DNA of 64,000 nucleotides from assembly GCF_023055435.1 (NCBI RefSeq), contig NW_025963835.1, positions 29,264,001 through 29,328,000 of the forward strand, read 5' to 3'. This stretch comes from Haliotis rufescens (Eukaryota). Shown one piece after another: positions 27,481 to 42,505 of this stretch. Made by a program: the position numbers and the translations under genes. Position 1 is the stretch's first letter. Each line of letters opens with the position of its first letter. Below the pieces are notes generated by a model that worked only from the letters and a program-made list of their open reading frames with translations, had not been told where the DNA came from and did no database searches.

Positions 27481-30400
27481 ATAATTATCTTATATATTTT
27501 AAACAAGTAATGATTACTTTAACTCACACAGGTCAGACTTGGCATTCAGCCACCGAAACAGATTCCATCATGCGTAATAGCTGTGAAAATTATATCGATA
27601 ACCGAAAATCAGTGATGACATCGGGTGTCATGCCCTGCTGCCAGCACCCGCCACCCACACAATTTGCTTAAAAAGTAAGTGTTTTGTTTTTTGCCTCACG
27701 CCGGACAGCAGTACTCCTGCCATTCGATGGCGGCCTGTAATCAAACCAGACAATCAAGTCATGGACCAGAAAATCTAGTGACATGACATGACATGACATG
27801 ATTTTGTTGATTAAGAAAATCCCGAAATGTTAATTTTGAATATGTCTGCTGTTTAAAGAGCAGAGATTATGCTGCATATAAATAACGAAAACCGTTTCAG
27901 AAAATGTTTCGCTTTGCAACACAGTTGGGGGCAGTTTTAATGCTTTGGCTCAAACATTAAGCCACGGTTCTACAAACAGCTGAACGAATGAGTGAGACCC
28001 CCGTGTTTATCAGGATAATGCAGGACTGGTTATACCGTTCATTGCTGCCATACTAAGATCTTTATTCTCAAACAGCATCAGAAATTTCAACTGACGTTTT
28101 TATGTGGCAATATCCTATTTGAAAGCATTATAGGGAGTTGTTGGTTTGAACAAACAGAATTGGAAACATTTGGAAACAGTGAACGGTAGGTGATGGTTGT
28201 CAGGAATATTGTTAATCACGTCAAGAAACCAGGTAGCTGGGTGCAATGATTGTGGCCGGAATATAACACAGAAGTAATTTCATTCCCGACTGAATAAATG
28301 ATTTTGTGTTTTTCAAAAGTGGCTATATCCATGGATATTGTGTAAATCATCCGCATATTGTTGTTGTTGGTTGTTATTGCGTTCTGCCCTATATTGATCA
28401 CAGCTATATGATCGAGGTGTGACTGTGTGAAGTATAAAGTGCCATTTCAGAATTACAAACCGTAAAGTAAAAGTGAAATTTAATTAATAAAACATCGTGA
28501 ACTTTAAAATGTGCAAAATTAATTGAAATAAGGGAATTGTAACTATGATGTTGGAATCCTCAGCTTTGAGCAACGAAGTGTGAACTGAGAACTTTGACCT
28601 GTAAATAATGGACAATGAGCTATGAACTGAGAACTATGACCTTTAAATAATGATTGTAAATTATGAACGCAAGGGGCAGACCATTTAATATTCAATGATT
28701 TGAAAAAAGAACGACACATTGCAACAATGGAATGTTTGTGGCAGGTCTGAAGCTTAATTATTTTGTTGAAGAACTTCCGGGAACAATTTATGCTTTCAAT
28801 AAAATCCAAGATCCCCAAACAAGTAAGCATGTCTAGCCCTACCAGTAGCACCCGCCATTTCAAAAAGCAGTGCGGCAAAATTACAAAGTATAGAATAATA
28901 CGTGAACACTTGATCAACCCTTCTTTGCCAGACCAATGGACAAACAGTTTTTGTCAGCAAACTGCTATCCCCTGTCATGTTTTGAATATCTAAACGATTA
29001 GATATTCCAATATTTCTTGTAAATTCCGACTATATCATGAGCATGTGTTTATGAATGAGTGTTCGAGAACAGGTGAGCTTAGCCTAAGTAACATACGTTA
29101 TATTTAGGATAACACTCGTATTAAAGTTCAAAATCTAGTCATTCTTGGGTGGAGGCCCATCCGGGAATTTAACCAACACTTCTTAGAGTAAGGCACCTAA
29201 TCGGCAGCGCACAAAATAAGCGACCTCACCACTTTCCAAAAGTCGGACGTTTTTTTGTTGAAGCCTTGGTGGCTGAGTGGCTTAGGTCCCTGACTTTGTG
29301 TGCTGGCGATTTACTGCTTCACTTATTCCTTGTCCCACACTTTATTTTCTTGATGAACACCGTGTTGATGGCTTCCTGGTTGTGTGGTTTACCATTGTGT
29401 GTGATGTCAGTTTGTTAAGTAAACTGTTAAGTCCAAAGTGCACAGTGTATGCACTATGATGAATAAATTGAGCAGAACAGCACACTGGGCGATGTAAGTT
29501 ACATTCCATGTTAAAGGTTCAGATTTCACATAAAATCAAGAATTATATAGGAAAATGTATTTTTGATGCCTGTTTCATGGCAAGTCTAATTTATAAAACC
29601 TCATGTAACTAAACAAGTAATTGCTATGGCAGGCTGTTTATGTTTTACCATTGACCTGTAAATATATTTACACGGTAGAACGGATGTAAGCTGACAATGA
29701 ACACATTCAACACGCTGTGGGCTGTCGTGTACGAAGGCTGGTGTTGCTAATGGAATACCTCCGGCTGTAGGAGGCCTTCGACAGAAAAACTAATCGTTGA
29801 TTAAGCAGCCATTATTCTATAATATGTTTTAAAACAGACCTGCTCTTATTCTCGTCAAGAGGAGCATTATAGATGCGCAAATACTTGGCACAGGGTTAAA
29901 GTTATGTTTGGGCTGATACATGAAAACTGCCCCCACTGTGTTGCAAAGAGAACACCTTTCTCAAACGTTTTTCTTTACTTATCGGCAGCAGGATCTCTAT
30001 ACTTGTTCACAGAAGACGTAATTTAAAATTAACAAATCGTTTTAAGTCTTAACAAAATCAGTAAATGCACTATTGTGTCAATAGATTTTCTGGTCCATTG
30101 ATTACTCGATTGATGGTTTGTTTACAGGCTGTCATATGACAGGAGTACTGCTGTGCTTCGTCAGACCAAAGCCATGTATTTTTAATGCAAAATGTGTGTT
30201 TATATTTACACAAAATTCCTTTATTTAGCTTTAGATTGACAAAGTCGCATGATCCATTATCTTTCAATCTGTTTCTACAGTACATTGTATAAAGGCATGT
30301 CATCTCAAGGTTAGACTGTTCTCCGATGTAAGAACACGTGAGTCAAACAATACACGGCCCCACACTGTTGGTCTGGTAAACCACGCAGAACAAAGGCACG

Positions 30401-33400
30401 GAGCAGAATAACACGTTACCACAACTTGTGTATTTGTTTTGCAACAGTGCATCTCAGTGTCAGAGTAATCATCGCTAAAACAATGTCCGCCTCAGTGTAG
30501 CACATGGCCGTGTACTGGTGTTAGCAACTTCTTTATTTGTGTTTCAACCTGGCAATTGAGAAGCTGTTATCTTGTGATGAGCTGCGGTGGATCCTGCAGA
30601 CACCAGGGTAGTGTTTGAGACACGATGAACCATCAACTTCAGGTAAACTGTAAAGCGATTTGCACGAAAACTTACTTAAACCATCAAACTGGTGGTGTTA
30701 ATCTGAAGTAACCAGAAGTACACAATAGAGCAAGCAATGGACATCTGTACATTTACATGTCAGATGTAACTTCGTCTATAACGACTGAAAGAGGTGAGAG
30801 TGGACTATAAGTGTGGGAAACAAACCAGGTTGTTTTTGACGGGTGTGACACCTGTCACAACATCCCTGAACCGGACGAGGCTGTGATCGCCACACTGGCA
30901 CTGGTGGTCTGGTAGTGAATATAAAGATGTTCTATGTCGCCAACGGATTCTGATAGAAGCTTTAGAAACGATTTAACAAACACAAATTGTTTTGTCTGTA
31001 TTGTCTGTGAGCCTATATGAATGTAGGATATTCACTCTCTAGTTTTCAACTTCAATGATAAGCCCTTCCACAGAATGGCTTTGCCAGCCTGGGATGGAAA
31101 TGCCCGTCGTAAAAAAATATTATTGAACCATTTATCAAGGAAAAATAGAGATGCAAATTATGTGAATGTATCGCTGAAAATCAGTGATGACACCATGTGT
31201 TCGCTAAAAGTTGATTTATTTTCCTCCGGGCCATATAAGATGTATTGACCTATTATTACGTCTTTGACTCTATATTATCGTCAACCCATTATAATTTCAA
31301 TGTGCAATGAGAGATGTCACACCCAGTTTTGCTGTTTACCAAGTACAGAAATTACATTAATTCAGTATTATTATCAGCGTGAACCGGCTTTAGAAGTACT
31401 GTAAGCTCGTGTGTAGACAGGGTTGTGGCCTCAATGTTCTGAAATAAATACTGCCTTGCATTGCATTGACCTGACTTCAAAACATTAACACTTTTGTTAC
31501 ACTATGCGACCTAAACACTTTTGCTCGTTCCGGAACAAATCAGTTCAAATTTGTAAAGTAAAGATTTGTTGCATTAGCTTTGTTAGCTGAGAGCAAAAGG
31601 CTTGACAATATCAAGGTATGTCATTCTTAATATAATCATGTCTTGGGGAGAATTATTGAGGAATTTCATTTTATATTGATTTATCTTCTTTATAAAAGGA
31701 GCAGAAAACAATTTACTCCTGAACCTGTGTGTTAGATTTCCAGCAAATCTGTTGTATGCTATACTATTGAATTTTGTGTAGACCGATCAATACTTTCCTC
31801 ATTTCACAGCCATTTAATCATTACATATCGACTATTTAGTACGTGTTTCTTCATCCCTGATCCCAGGTTCCTAACGATAGTGTTAACACACAGAGCAGAT
31901 GAAGTCGACTTCACATGCTCGTTGATGACATTGATATAAATGGACTCAATCAGCAACACTTTTGTTGTCGGTAATCTCATCACGTCAGTGGGCGGAAGTT
32001 GTCATTTAGGCCTGGGGAGGATCATATCTCTACAATGTAATGTGACAATGTCACTGTGACCTCATATCTGATTTCCTCTAAATGCCATGAATGATTTCAG
32101 TAATATTCCAGCATTATCCCGAAATGGGGACACCAGAAATGGGCTTCAGGCACTGTACCGTTATATGGCAGTGTATGTTATTGTTTAACAGTGATTGTAA
32201 CTGTGTTAAATTGTTTTTGTTGAAATTCGGCAGACGCTCCTTGCATTTTGTTTGGACAGTGATAAGTCGTCAGGAATGTAGTACTATTTAATGTAAGAAG
32301 TCGTCTGGAATATCCTGTATTTAGATGCTAGAGTGATCTATAAACTTCCGGTATACCTTGGACTCATGCAGAATAGTCTGTAATGTTCTAGTGCCGCTGT
32401 ACTGGTGAGTGCATTGTGTACAGATTTCAAGTATTGAGTTAGGCTGTAAATAAGGGGACAAGAGCGTGCTTACGTATCTCTCGCACATTTCATCACATCG
32501 AGACCGGCTTTCATGTGAGAATCACTCATCATCCTTGATTCGCTGCCTAGACCATCTCGGAAGGTTGACCAGTGTCGTCGCTGGGTGAATATATATTATT
32601 ATCACTGACTTTTGCTATCACCACTGTATTCTTGTATTTGATACTGATCACTGCCATGGTATTATGTATTGCCATTGAATATTGTACTACCACTATATTG
32701 TGTACTGCCATTGCAATGGCTCTGCAGTCATTTGTATTGATTTGTAAACGTTGTTAATGTTTTTTAATACATTTGTTGTTTGTAATACATTTGTCGGTTG
32801 TTTGTTGGTTTCACACTAATTTCTATTACGTACACGTTTCTGGGTTCAATTTGGGAATCGACACGTAACAGTAGCCATGTGGGGAATTGAACACAGCTTG
32901 TAACCACACAATCTCACTGAATGTCAAAGATGTATGAATTGATTCCAATAAATGATATTTGTTAACTTGGAGACATGGCCTATTGATTTGAAATTAATCA
33001 TATTTTAAACTATCGTCCATTATTGTATTCGTTTTTAGTTGTTGTCCTATAAAGGAAATTGAAATTGAACATTTCAATACAGACAGATTTCCTTTAACAC
33101 GAAACTCAAGGCTCATTATGCGATACGAGATATCCTCACCAATGCATCGTTAAAGCACATGGCATTATTACCCTGGTCATGTTACCAGAGTGCATCGCAA
33201 CATCATTCTCATCATATATGCATACCACATGACCAGGAACTTTAAGTGATGTGTGTGACTGCTTTGTATAAAGATGACGTTATGAAATATTCAAGACTCA
33301 TGAGGTTGAATTACTGTGTGATATGATGTATACTAATTATATAAGAAGCCACTTATATCAAATACAAGACTCCATCATATATTTTTAACACATGACAAGG

Positions 33401-36400
33401 TAGTGTAGTTCAGCTGATGTTTTCGAAACCAAGCTGTTCTGTTGTGATGGAATCAAATGGCACCATGATAACTCCGATGATGCAAGTGTACATCTATATA
33501 GCTATGGCAGAACATTCCCGACAGTCTGACTAAGTCTAAGTGAATGCTCTGTGAAGAACCAAATGGAATATGCGTTACCATACAAAAACATCAAACACAT
33601 CAACATCATTTGAAAGTAATAACATGCATTGATGTTTACCGTACATCCCTTTTCATCACAGACGATTAATTCTGTACTGGATGCTAGTGATATTTGAGTA
33701 GAGTCGCCATATTATGAAGGAGAGTCAAACTTAATGTACCTGCTATGGACAAAGAGTTGGAGGCACGAATGATGGCTGATGTTGACATGCATGTGGATGT
33801 TGTCGTACGTGAAGGCTGATGTTGTCATCCCCGTTGATGAAGTCGTACATGATGGCTGATATTGTCATCCGTGTTGATGTAATTATACAAATAAACGGAT
33901 ATTGATCTCCCTGTAGATGTAATCGTACGCGTGGTTAATGTCGTCCATGTGTTCGTTGTCGAAGGTGATGGAATACCCATTGATGAAGTCGTACATGATG
34001 GCTAAGGTTGCATTCGTGTCGATGTAGTTGTACAGAGGAACCGATGTCGACCTCCCTGTAGATGTAGCTGAAGGTAAAGAAAAAGGTTGTTTACGCTTGG
34101 GTTGTCGACAATCTTTGTGGAGTACGTTATTCATCCCCGAAACCAGAAGTGAGAGACAGATATATTAATGGATGTTATAATATTTCTGGAGTAAATGGAT
34201 TTAATCTTGATTACACACCAGAAGTGATATGACATCTTGTGATTTTGCACCCTGCTCCTGTCTTTTGTGTTCAATTTAATTCTACATTCCTATAGCATTA
34301 TAAAAGTGTCATTTCTTTACAGATAAAGACAAGTCTGTTAGTGTAATCTGAGTCATCAGTGACCGGAAGTGGGATACTTTTGTGTACAACATGGGTCACA
34401 GTTTTCGTGCAAATATCTTTACAGTTTACCAGTTGATGATGGTTCATCGTGTCTCAAACCCTACCCTGGTGTCTGTGAACGTCAGCCCTGAGTCCACTGC
34501 AGCTTATCACAAGATAACAGCCCCTCAAAGGCCAAGTTGTAAAACAAATACACAAGTTGTGTAGTGTGTCGCCCTGCGTGGTTTTGTGCTGCGTGATGTT
34601 AACTCTCATTACATGTAAATCTATTGCACGGTGTAGACATATTGTGTGGTTCGTGCATTGACATTTCTAAAATTAAACATGCTGTTTAAGATGCATCTTT
34701 CACTTGATGCACACTTCTTTTCTTTTCAAGTTCTCTAAAATATTAAGTTATTTATAGAATTTAGTCAAAACGAGCCTTCATATTTTCCTTTGGAAGAATG
34801 TTCCAAGATGTTTTCTATTTTAGTGTTTCAATACTGCTTCTGACATAAAGGTTAATTGTTCTTTTTTATTCTGACAAACCATTTGTCTGTTTGTTGTTTA
34901 ACGCCGCACTCTGTAAATATGTCAGCTATATGGCGGGGGTCTGTAAATAATCGAGTCAGGACCAGACAATCAAGTGACTAACATCATGAGCATCGATCCA
35001 TTACTCAATTGGGGTACGATCACAGACATCAACCAAGTCAGCGAGTCTGACCTCCCGATCCCATTAGTCGCCTCTTACGACAAGCACAATCGCCTTTTAC
35101 GACAAGCATGGGTTGCAGAAGACCTATTCTAACCCGGATTTTAATGAGGCCTAAAAAAACAAAGAAATCAAAAGCACACCGTAGAGCACTGGTTGATCAT
35201 GCTTCCAAACGAGTGAAATCTTTCACCTATGGAAGTATCATGCTGAATGAAGTCACCTTTAGGTACTTAAACAAAGGGTTTGCATTTGCATAATTATACT
35301 ATATCGTACAACCCTAGTGGATAATTTCATGTGTGCCACGATTTCATTCTTTACATACATTTGTTAAAACCCAAGAGGCGATAATCCGTTTCTCCTTCCA
35401 CCTCAGTTGTTATTCCCCGCTGTTGTATGGCGGTACCGGAAGTGTATGTGAATAATGACAAACTCCAGAGCATATTTAAATATTCCCTTTTGGTTGGTTT
35501 ACTGATTAAAACATGCGCTATTTGCTGAATCGAGCTTGCCACTGAGTACTGATGCGCTGTGTCGACTATATCTACTGCCGTGTGCACGAGCGATGAACGC
35601 CATGTTATTCCTGTAATCTGTTTGGACTTTATCAAATAACCCGATTATGGTTATGAAGCATATAGCATGCAGATTCTTCCTCTTCAATGGGACTTTGACC
35701 CGTTAATAGTGATGTATTTTACCACATAATAAATATGGGGAATGAATTCTTTCTAGTGAAGATTTTTCCATTGATTAAAGTCATTTGACGCCCTTGTACA
35801 TAAGAGGCCAAGACTGTGTTCAGGAGCTTTCAAGCAAGATATGTGTCTTATTCCTTTCGGCTCCAGTAATTTTAATTAATGTAACCTACGTAAATAAAAG
35901 CCTTACCTCATTAGTGTCATGAAACCCATTCATGCGCGTTGGCTCGTGTCTGCTCTTGACAAGCTTGTAAAGGACACTGATGGGATAATTCGTGGCTGGC
36001 GCCAATCTGGGCTGCTTGATAGGATTTGAAGTGACCACTACTCAACTTCACTTTGTGTAGGTGACTTTGATATTTTGTTTAGTAATTTATTTATCTATTA
36101 CCTTTGTGGCTGATTGTTGTCAGTGGCTGCTATCAACTTGAAATGATCTGATATCATTGTTTTTGATGTAATACTAGTACATAATACTGAAGTGATTTAT
36201 TTCGTTTGATGATTGTTTCCTTATTTTGATGGTACAAAATAAATGCGCATAAAATTAATACGACCTTCCGTCACTCGCATTTTTTGCAATAATATTCTGC
36301 TCGCATTAATTTCCTGTTTTAAAGTATGTGTCTTAATCCTTCCGGCTCCAGTACACCAACAACTTCAAATCTAACAACGGTGTTTGCGTGCAACAAGTTT

Positions 36401-39400
36401 AATGTCTTAAATAATAGATGATATGATTAATAAACTGAAATTAGATCACATAAGTCGCTATTGCTGTACTTAAATGTATATTTCGATGACATCTTTAGGC
36501 CAAAAACGTTAACTAGCTTTTCTTCACATGCTGACGAGCCCCAACACATACATAGTGTAGTATCAGCGATCTTCAATGTCCAAGCCGTAAAATCTATTTA
36601 CAGTGTTCTGGGGACCATGGAAGATATACTGACTCATCTGTGGGTCGGGACAAGCGGAGTGCCAACATCAGGCAGCAGTTAATGAATTGCATGTTGATGA
36701 AGTTCACTGTATCTAAAACAACAGTTTTCCGAGAAAGGCATTAAGAAGTGATACACACAAGGAAGAGAATTTATGGATGTCAGCTTCTTTATTATGAATA
36801 TCACAACGTTTCGGAGTATATACTTACTCCTTTCGTCAGGTGAATAAATGTTATGAGGCCTCAAAGGTGTTGACATTCATAAATTCTCTTCCTTTAATGT
36901 GTCGTTTTGTGTAAGTTATGGTCAGATGTGGTAAACATTCAACGCCAAAGCTGTTTATGTCAACTCCAACACCATAGGTCGTGTGTTTCATCGATATTAA
37001 TGGACTCTATCCACAGCACTTTAATCTGATCACTTCAGTGGGCGGAACTTGTCTTTTACGCTTGGGAAAGAACATATTTCTAATTTGGTGAGTGATAAGG
37101 TCATCGTGACCTCAAATCATATTTCTTTTAAATGTCAAGAATGCCAAAGAAATCTCAATTCATCCTAATAAATTAAGAGTTTGTAAAGCGTTGTTGAAAA
37201 TGTCATGAATGTCACCGAAATATCAATTGATGAAAATAGTTGTGGGTGTTTTAAAATGTTACACAGGGATTTATTGATTTTAAATTTTGTGGTGTTTAAA
37301 CGTGGTGTTTAGATTATATTTTACATTTGCGTTTCTTACTTTTGTGATTAATGATTACGTAGGGCAGATGCGTACGTTGTCATGTTGTAAATAGGTTGCT
37401 TCAGAATATGCGTTTCAATATGAGTGTGTGCGTCCACACGTTCGTTCGTGTATGCATGCATGTATGTTTGTCACACAGAACTGACGATGTCGCCACTAAG
37501 CGAGTCAGCTCCTATGTCAGTATCGATCGTGAAGTAATTGACGTCCAGCTTATTAAATGTACATTGAAGTGTTAGTGCTAATACAGGAGAGACATGATTT
37601 ATTTCCCTTTCGACAATCTTAACCAAGACAGCTTTGCAAATAGGCCTCCAGATCACCTGAGTGTCTGAGGTGAGACGTCTCCAGCCGATCGTGGTTGTGG
37701 GAAGCGCTAACATGAAATCACTTTTCAGCTGAATAACCAAAGAGGGAAATGTCTTGTGAGCAGGAACTCTCATGTGATGGCAGCATGAGGTTATTTGAAC
37801 TGATAACATATATTGATGCTTGCCGTTTTTTCGATATTCGCTTGTTTATTCGTGCAAGCTTGGCCTATACAGAACGTATCTCAGTGATAGTTGATATTTC
37901 ACTGTCACTGTTAGGGCGAGTGATGGATAAGTAGGGTATATACCACTCCATGGTCGAGGCACAAGCATTTCATGCTGCATTACTCACGCACATTTAAGTG
38001 CCTATCTACCCTTGGAGATACTGGAGCTTCACATTATGTTTTAAGGCTTATTTCACAAACTAACACAAGATGCAACTCATTCATCAGAACGAAGAGCATA
38101 AAATAAGAGTAGGGCACAAATACAGTGGACTTACAATTGTGAAGAGTTATACATAATGTACTTGGTATCAGTGCATGCATTGATTTTTATAGCTCAGAGA
38201 GCCGATGGAGTCGCAATTGATACCTGTCAACCCCGTTGATGAAGTCGTATTTGATGACTGATGTTGCCATCCCCGTTTACGTAGTCGTAGGTGATGGCTG
38301 ATGTTGTCATCCCCATTTATGTAGTCGTAGGTGATGGCTGATGTTGTCATCCCCGTTGATGTAGTCGTAGGTGATGGCTGATGTTGTCATCAAATAGTGA
38401 TGATACCATTCAGTGTCCGCTACAATGTGAGCATATCCTATTCTGCTGGTGGCACCAGCCCAAACACATGTGATGGCGAATCAATTGTTCCAGTGGTACA
38501 AGAAAGAAAACAGAAGTAGTTGTTATATGTTTGACGAGTGGACAAAGAATAACCTAAATTCCTAAAGGTTCATTTTATTACAGAAAAAGCAAGCTTGTTT
38601 GTGTAACCTCAGCCATCATGGCCCGGATGTGGGTTAAGGACGTACCTGTTCCTTGCTCATGAGCTGCTGTTTGGCACGTGGGTTTAGTATATCAGTCACT
38701 CAAACGAAATATTTCTGACATCACCTCTGAATCTCCCTTAACGGGTTGTTCGAGACATGCCACATGTTTATATGTATTATCTGGCCGGGGTACTGTTGTG
38801 GTGATTACAGCTCCGTGCTGTGCTCCATGGATGTTTGACACTGTAAGACTTGCGTGGTAAATGTTGTGACACGTGTCACATCCGTCAAATATTTATTTCA
38901 CTACAAATATCTACTGTCGAGTCTTTTAGGGATATGTTGCCATTTCCCTTTCCACTGTATACTTCCGTTGAATTCAGATAACACTTCATATTTTGATTTT
39001 GTCATTTTTGTATCCAGCATGGGTCACAGTTTTCGTGCAAATCTCTTTACAGTTTACCTGAAGTTGATGATGGTTCGTCGTGTCTCGAACACAACCCTGG
39101 TGTCTGCGAACGTAAAGAAGGATCTACCGCAGCTCATCACAAAATAACAACCTCTCGATGGCCAGGTTGTAACAAATACACACGTTGTAGCAATGTGTAG
39201 TGGCTTTGTGCCGCATGGTTTAACAGACCAACACTGTGCGGGACGTGTGCTATTTGGACAGGGATATTGTTGTACCGTAGATTAATCTAACACTTATGTG
39301 GCACGAATGGATGTCTTAAATGCCTTTTTTTGAAGAACTGATATTCCTCAAACCACTTGCAGGTTATCATTGCATTACGTGCGTTATTACGTGCTGATGT

Positions 39401-40559
39401 GTGTTACAGGGACACCCGACCAGGGTGTTCTGTTCAGCCCAGCGTGTTACAGAACTGCACAGGCTGATGTCATTAATGCATATATAGGTGCAAATATAAA
39501 ATGTCAATGCAAGAGAATAACCAGCCTAGATTTTCTGACAAAACAGATTCTACATGGCGTAAAAGGCCCACAGCTGTGGAAAATGAATGAGTGGGCCACT
39601 GAAAATCAGTTATGACACCAGGTGTTCGCGAGAAAGGTAGCATTTCCTGCACTATCAGTAGCACCTGCCATTCATACAATTTGCATAAAAATTAAGTACT
39701 TATTGCCTGACGCAGCACATCAGTACTCCTGTCATGCGACGTCAGCCTCTTAAACAAACCAGACAATCAAGTGATCGATGAACCAGAAAACATCGCCCAA
39801 GTTGTGGCAAAGTGAAATACTGTTAACATGGTGCCACGTTGCGACTCCAGTAAGTGCTGGCCAGGTTTGTAACTCTTCCATTTAATTAATAGATTTTTGT
39901 TTGAATGTTGTTGTTAAACGTAATATTCCATCTCTACTGCCTGGCAAAAGAAAGTATACACTTAAAAGTTGAATTATAAAACATTAAGACGTTACTAGGC
40001 TGAATAGTTGCCCAAACACAACTATCATGCCCGTATCAAATACATCACCATCGAATAGCCATTCTTCCTAAAAGAAACATTGTTTGTGGCGTTAAACAAC
40101 AAACAAACAAACAATCAAACGTAGGTGCATGCTTTTTTTACCCCGCAGTTTACATGACCGTGGTCTGCAAATAATCACGTCTGGAGAAGCCAATACAGAG
40201 ACTGACGTTACGAGCATCGATCCACGCAATTATGATACGATGACATGCATCAACGAAGTCTTCAAGCCTGACCACCCGATCCCGTTAGTCGCCTCTTACG
40301 ACAGCCATGGGTTGCTGAAGACCCTTGGTTATTTATAGTGTTAATGCGGGAATATTTTGTTACTGTCTGACACTCACTCACAGACATAACGTCACCATGA
40401 AGATTGTCATAGGATGGCACCAAGTCATCAAGCATGATTCCGACCACAAGCGTAGCTGGGACCTATATTCTAACCCGGAATCCCCACTGGTGTTTCATTC
40501 ATGGAAATGTACGTTTCTGATGTTTTGTTAAGTCAAAAATCAGTTACTGATCTGTGATG

Positions 40560-40865
40560 AGATGGATATCGAACCGATCTGTGCTGATCAGTCGAGGCCC
40601 AGTGACATTGAAGGATAAAGGCCTTACTAATTTAAGCGAATAGTGCAACCGTTGAACTTGTAGGAGCAACACAATTTTCTGTGTAACTAATTGGGTGTAA
40701 TGTCTCCGGATTTGACAAAAGGATTCTCTTGATCACAGGTCGGAGGTAGTCTTGCCCCAGAGCATTGTTGTTTAAAAGCTCAAGTAGAATAATCGTTTTC
40801 AGATTAAAGGTCTTCAACACCAAATGCTTGTCTTTAGGCGGTCGTGTAGAAGTGAGATATTGCAA
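40560..40865 (-). pseudogene. Possible tyrosine-recombinase relic (DIRS-like)
   Basis: LVLKTFNLKTIILLELL...GQ and APTSSTVALFA..ISKAFILQCHWAS resemble DIRS YR segments. Highly decayed. Confidence 0.3.
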
Positions 40866-41613
40866 GTACAGGACGCGTATGCATAGCTGTTAAATTGCCG
40901 ATGACCTATCGCATGTGATATAGCTGTGATATTGGAGACTACTCACCCCGGGGGTGATATAACTGATATTGCTAACAACCCGTCGCCAATTATACAACTG
41001 TATTTTGCAGACTACCCTTGATTGCAACCTATGCTGTCACTAATAATAATATAAAACGTCAACGCCAGAAACTAATCAGTCTGGATTATCCACCGAATTC
41101 CATTTGGCATTAAAGGCATCATAGCGGGGAAAAGTATGTGGATCATCGAACATCAGTGATGACACCAGGTTACCTCCCCTACTGCCACCACCCGCCACTC
41201 ACAAAATGTGCATAAAAAAGTAAATGTTTTGTTTTTTGCCTCACGCCGGACAGCTATACGCCTGCCATCTGTCGGCGGCCTGTAATCAAACCAGACAATC
41301 AAGTCATGGACCAGAAAACCAAGTGAGATGACATGACATGATTTTGTTGAGTACAAAAAACCCGAAATGTTAATTTTGAATATGTCTGCTGTTTAAAGAG
41401 CAGAGATTATGCTGCATATAAATAACGAAAGACGTTTCTAAAAATGTTTCGCTTTGTAACACAGTTGGGGGCAGTATTAATGCCTTGGCTCAAACATTAA
41501 GCCACGGATCTACAAACAGCTGAACGAATGAGTGAGACCCCCGTGCTTACCAGGGTAATGCTGGACTGGTTATTCCGTTCATTGCTTCCAGAATAAGATC
41601 TTTATTCTGAACA

Positions 41614-41670
41614 GATCGCGATATGGCTGCAATATTGCCGATGCGATGAAAAATTATAACTCACTCACTC
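41614..41670 (+). mobile_element. Very short 5'-truncated LINE 3' terminus
   Basis: ATCGCGATATGGCTGCAATATTGCCGATGCGATG...AACTCACTCACTC is the same terminus as 6298-6365. Absent from the paralogs at about 9460 and 28070. Confidence 0.75.
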
Positions 41671-42162
41671 TGAATAGGATCTAAAGCTTCCAATGACGTT
41701 AATATGTGTTATTGTGGTTTTTGAAAACATTACAGGGGTTTGAACAAACAAAATTGGAAACATTTGGGCACAATGAAAGCAGGTGATGGTTGTCAGGAAT
41801 ATTGCTAGTCACGTCAAGAAACCAGGTAGCTGGGTGCAATGATTGTGGCCGGAATATAACACAGAAGTAATTAGATTCCTGACGGAAACACATGGTTTTA
41901 TGTTTTCCATGGATATTGTGTGAATCATCCGCATCCACGTTGTTGGTGGTTGTTATTGAGTTTTGCCCTCTATTGATCACAGCTATATAATCGAGGTGTG
42001 ACTGTGTGAAGTATAAAGTGCCATTTCAGAATTACCTACGGTAAAGTCTAAATGCAATTTCATTAAATATAGTGAACTTTAATGTATGCCTGTTTTATCG
42101 AAATGAGTGAATTGTCACTATGACGTTGGAATTCTGAGCTTTGAGCAACAAAGTGTGAAGTT

Positions 42163-42505
42163 TGACCTGTAAACAATGGACAATGAACTATAAACTGAGA
42201 ACTGTGACCTGTACACAATAGACAATGAGCTATGAACTGAGAACTGTGACCTGTACACAATAGAAAATGAACTATGAACCGAGAGCTGTGACCTGTACAC
42301 AATAGACAATGAACTATGGACTGAGAACTGTGACCTGTACACAATAGACGATGAACTATGAACTGAGAATTGTGACATGTACACAATAGACAATGAACTA
42401 ATAACTGAGAACTGTGACCTGTACACAATAGACAATGAACTATGGACTATGGGGTTGTGACCTGTACACAGTAGACGATGAACTATGAACTGAGAACTGT
42501 GGCTT
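42163..42505. repeat. 42-bp minisatellite, about 8 units (GAACTGTGACCTGTACACAATAGACAATGAACTATGAACTGA)
   Basis: Tandem repeat. Only 2-3 units at the paralogous sites (about 9945-10040 and 28580-28645). Confidence 0.95.
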
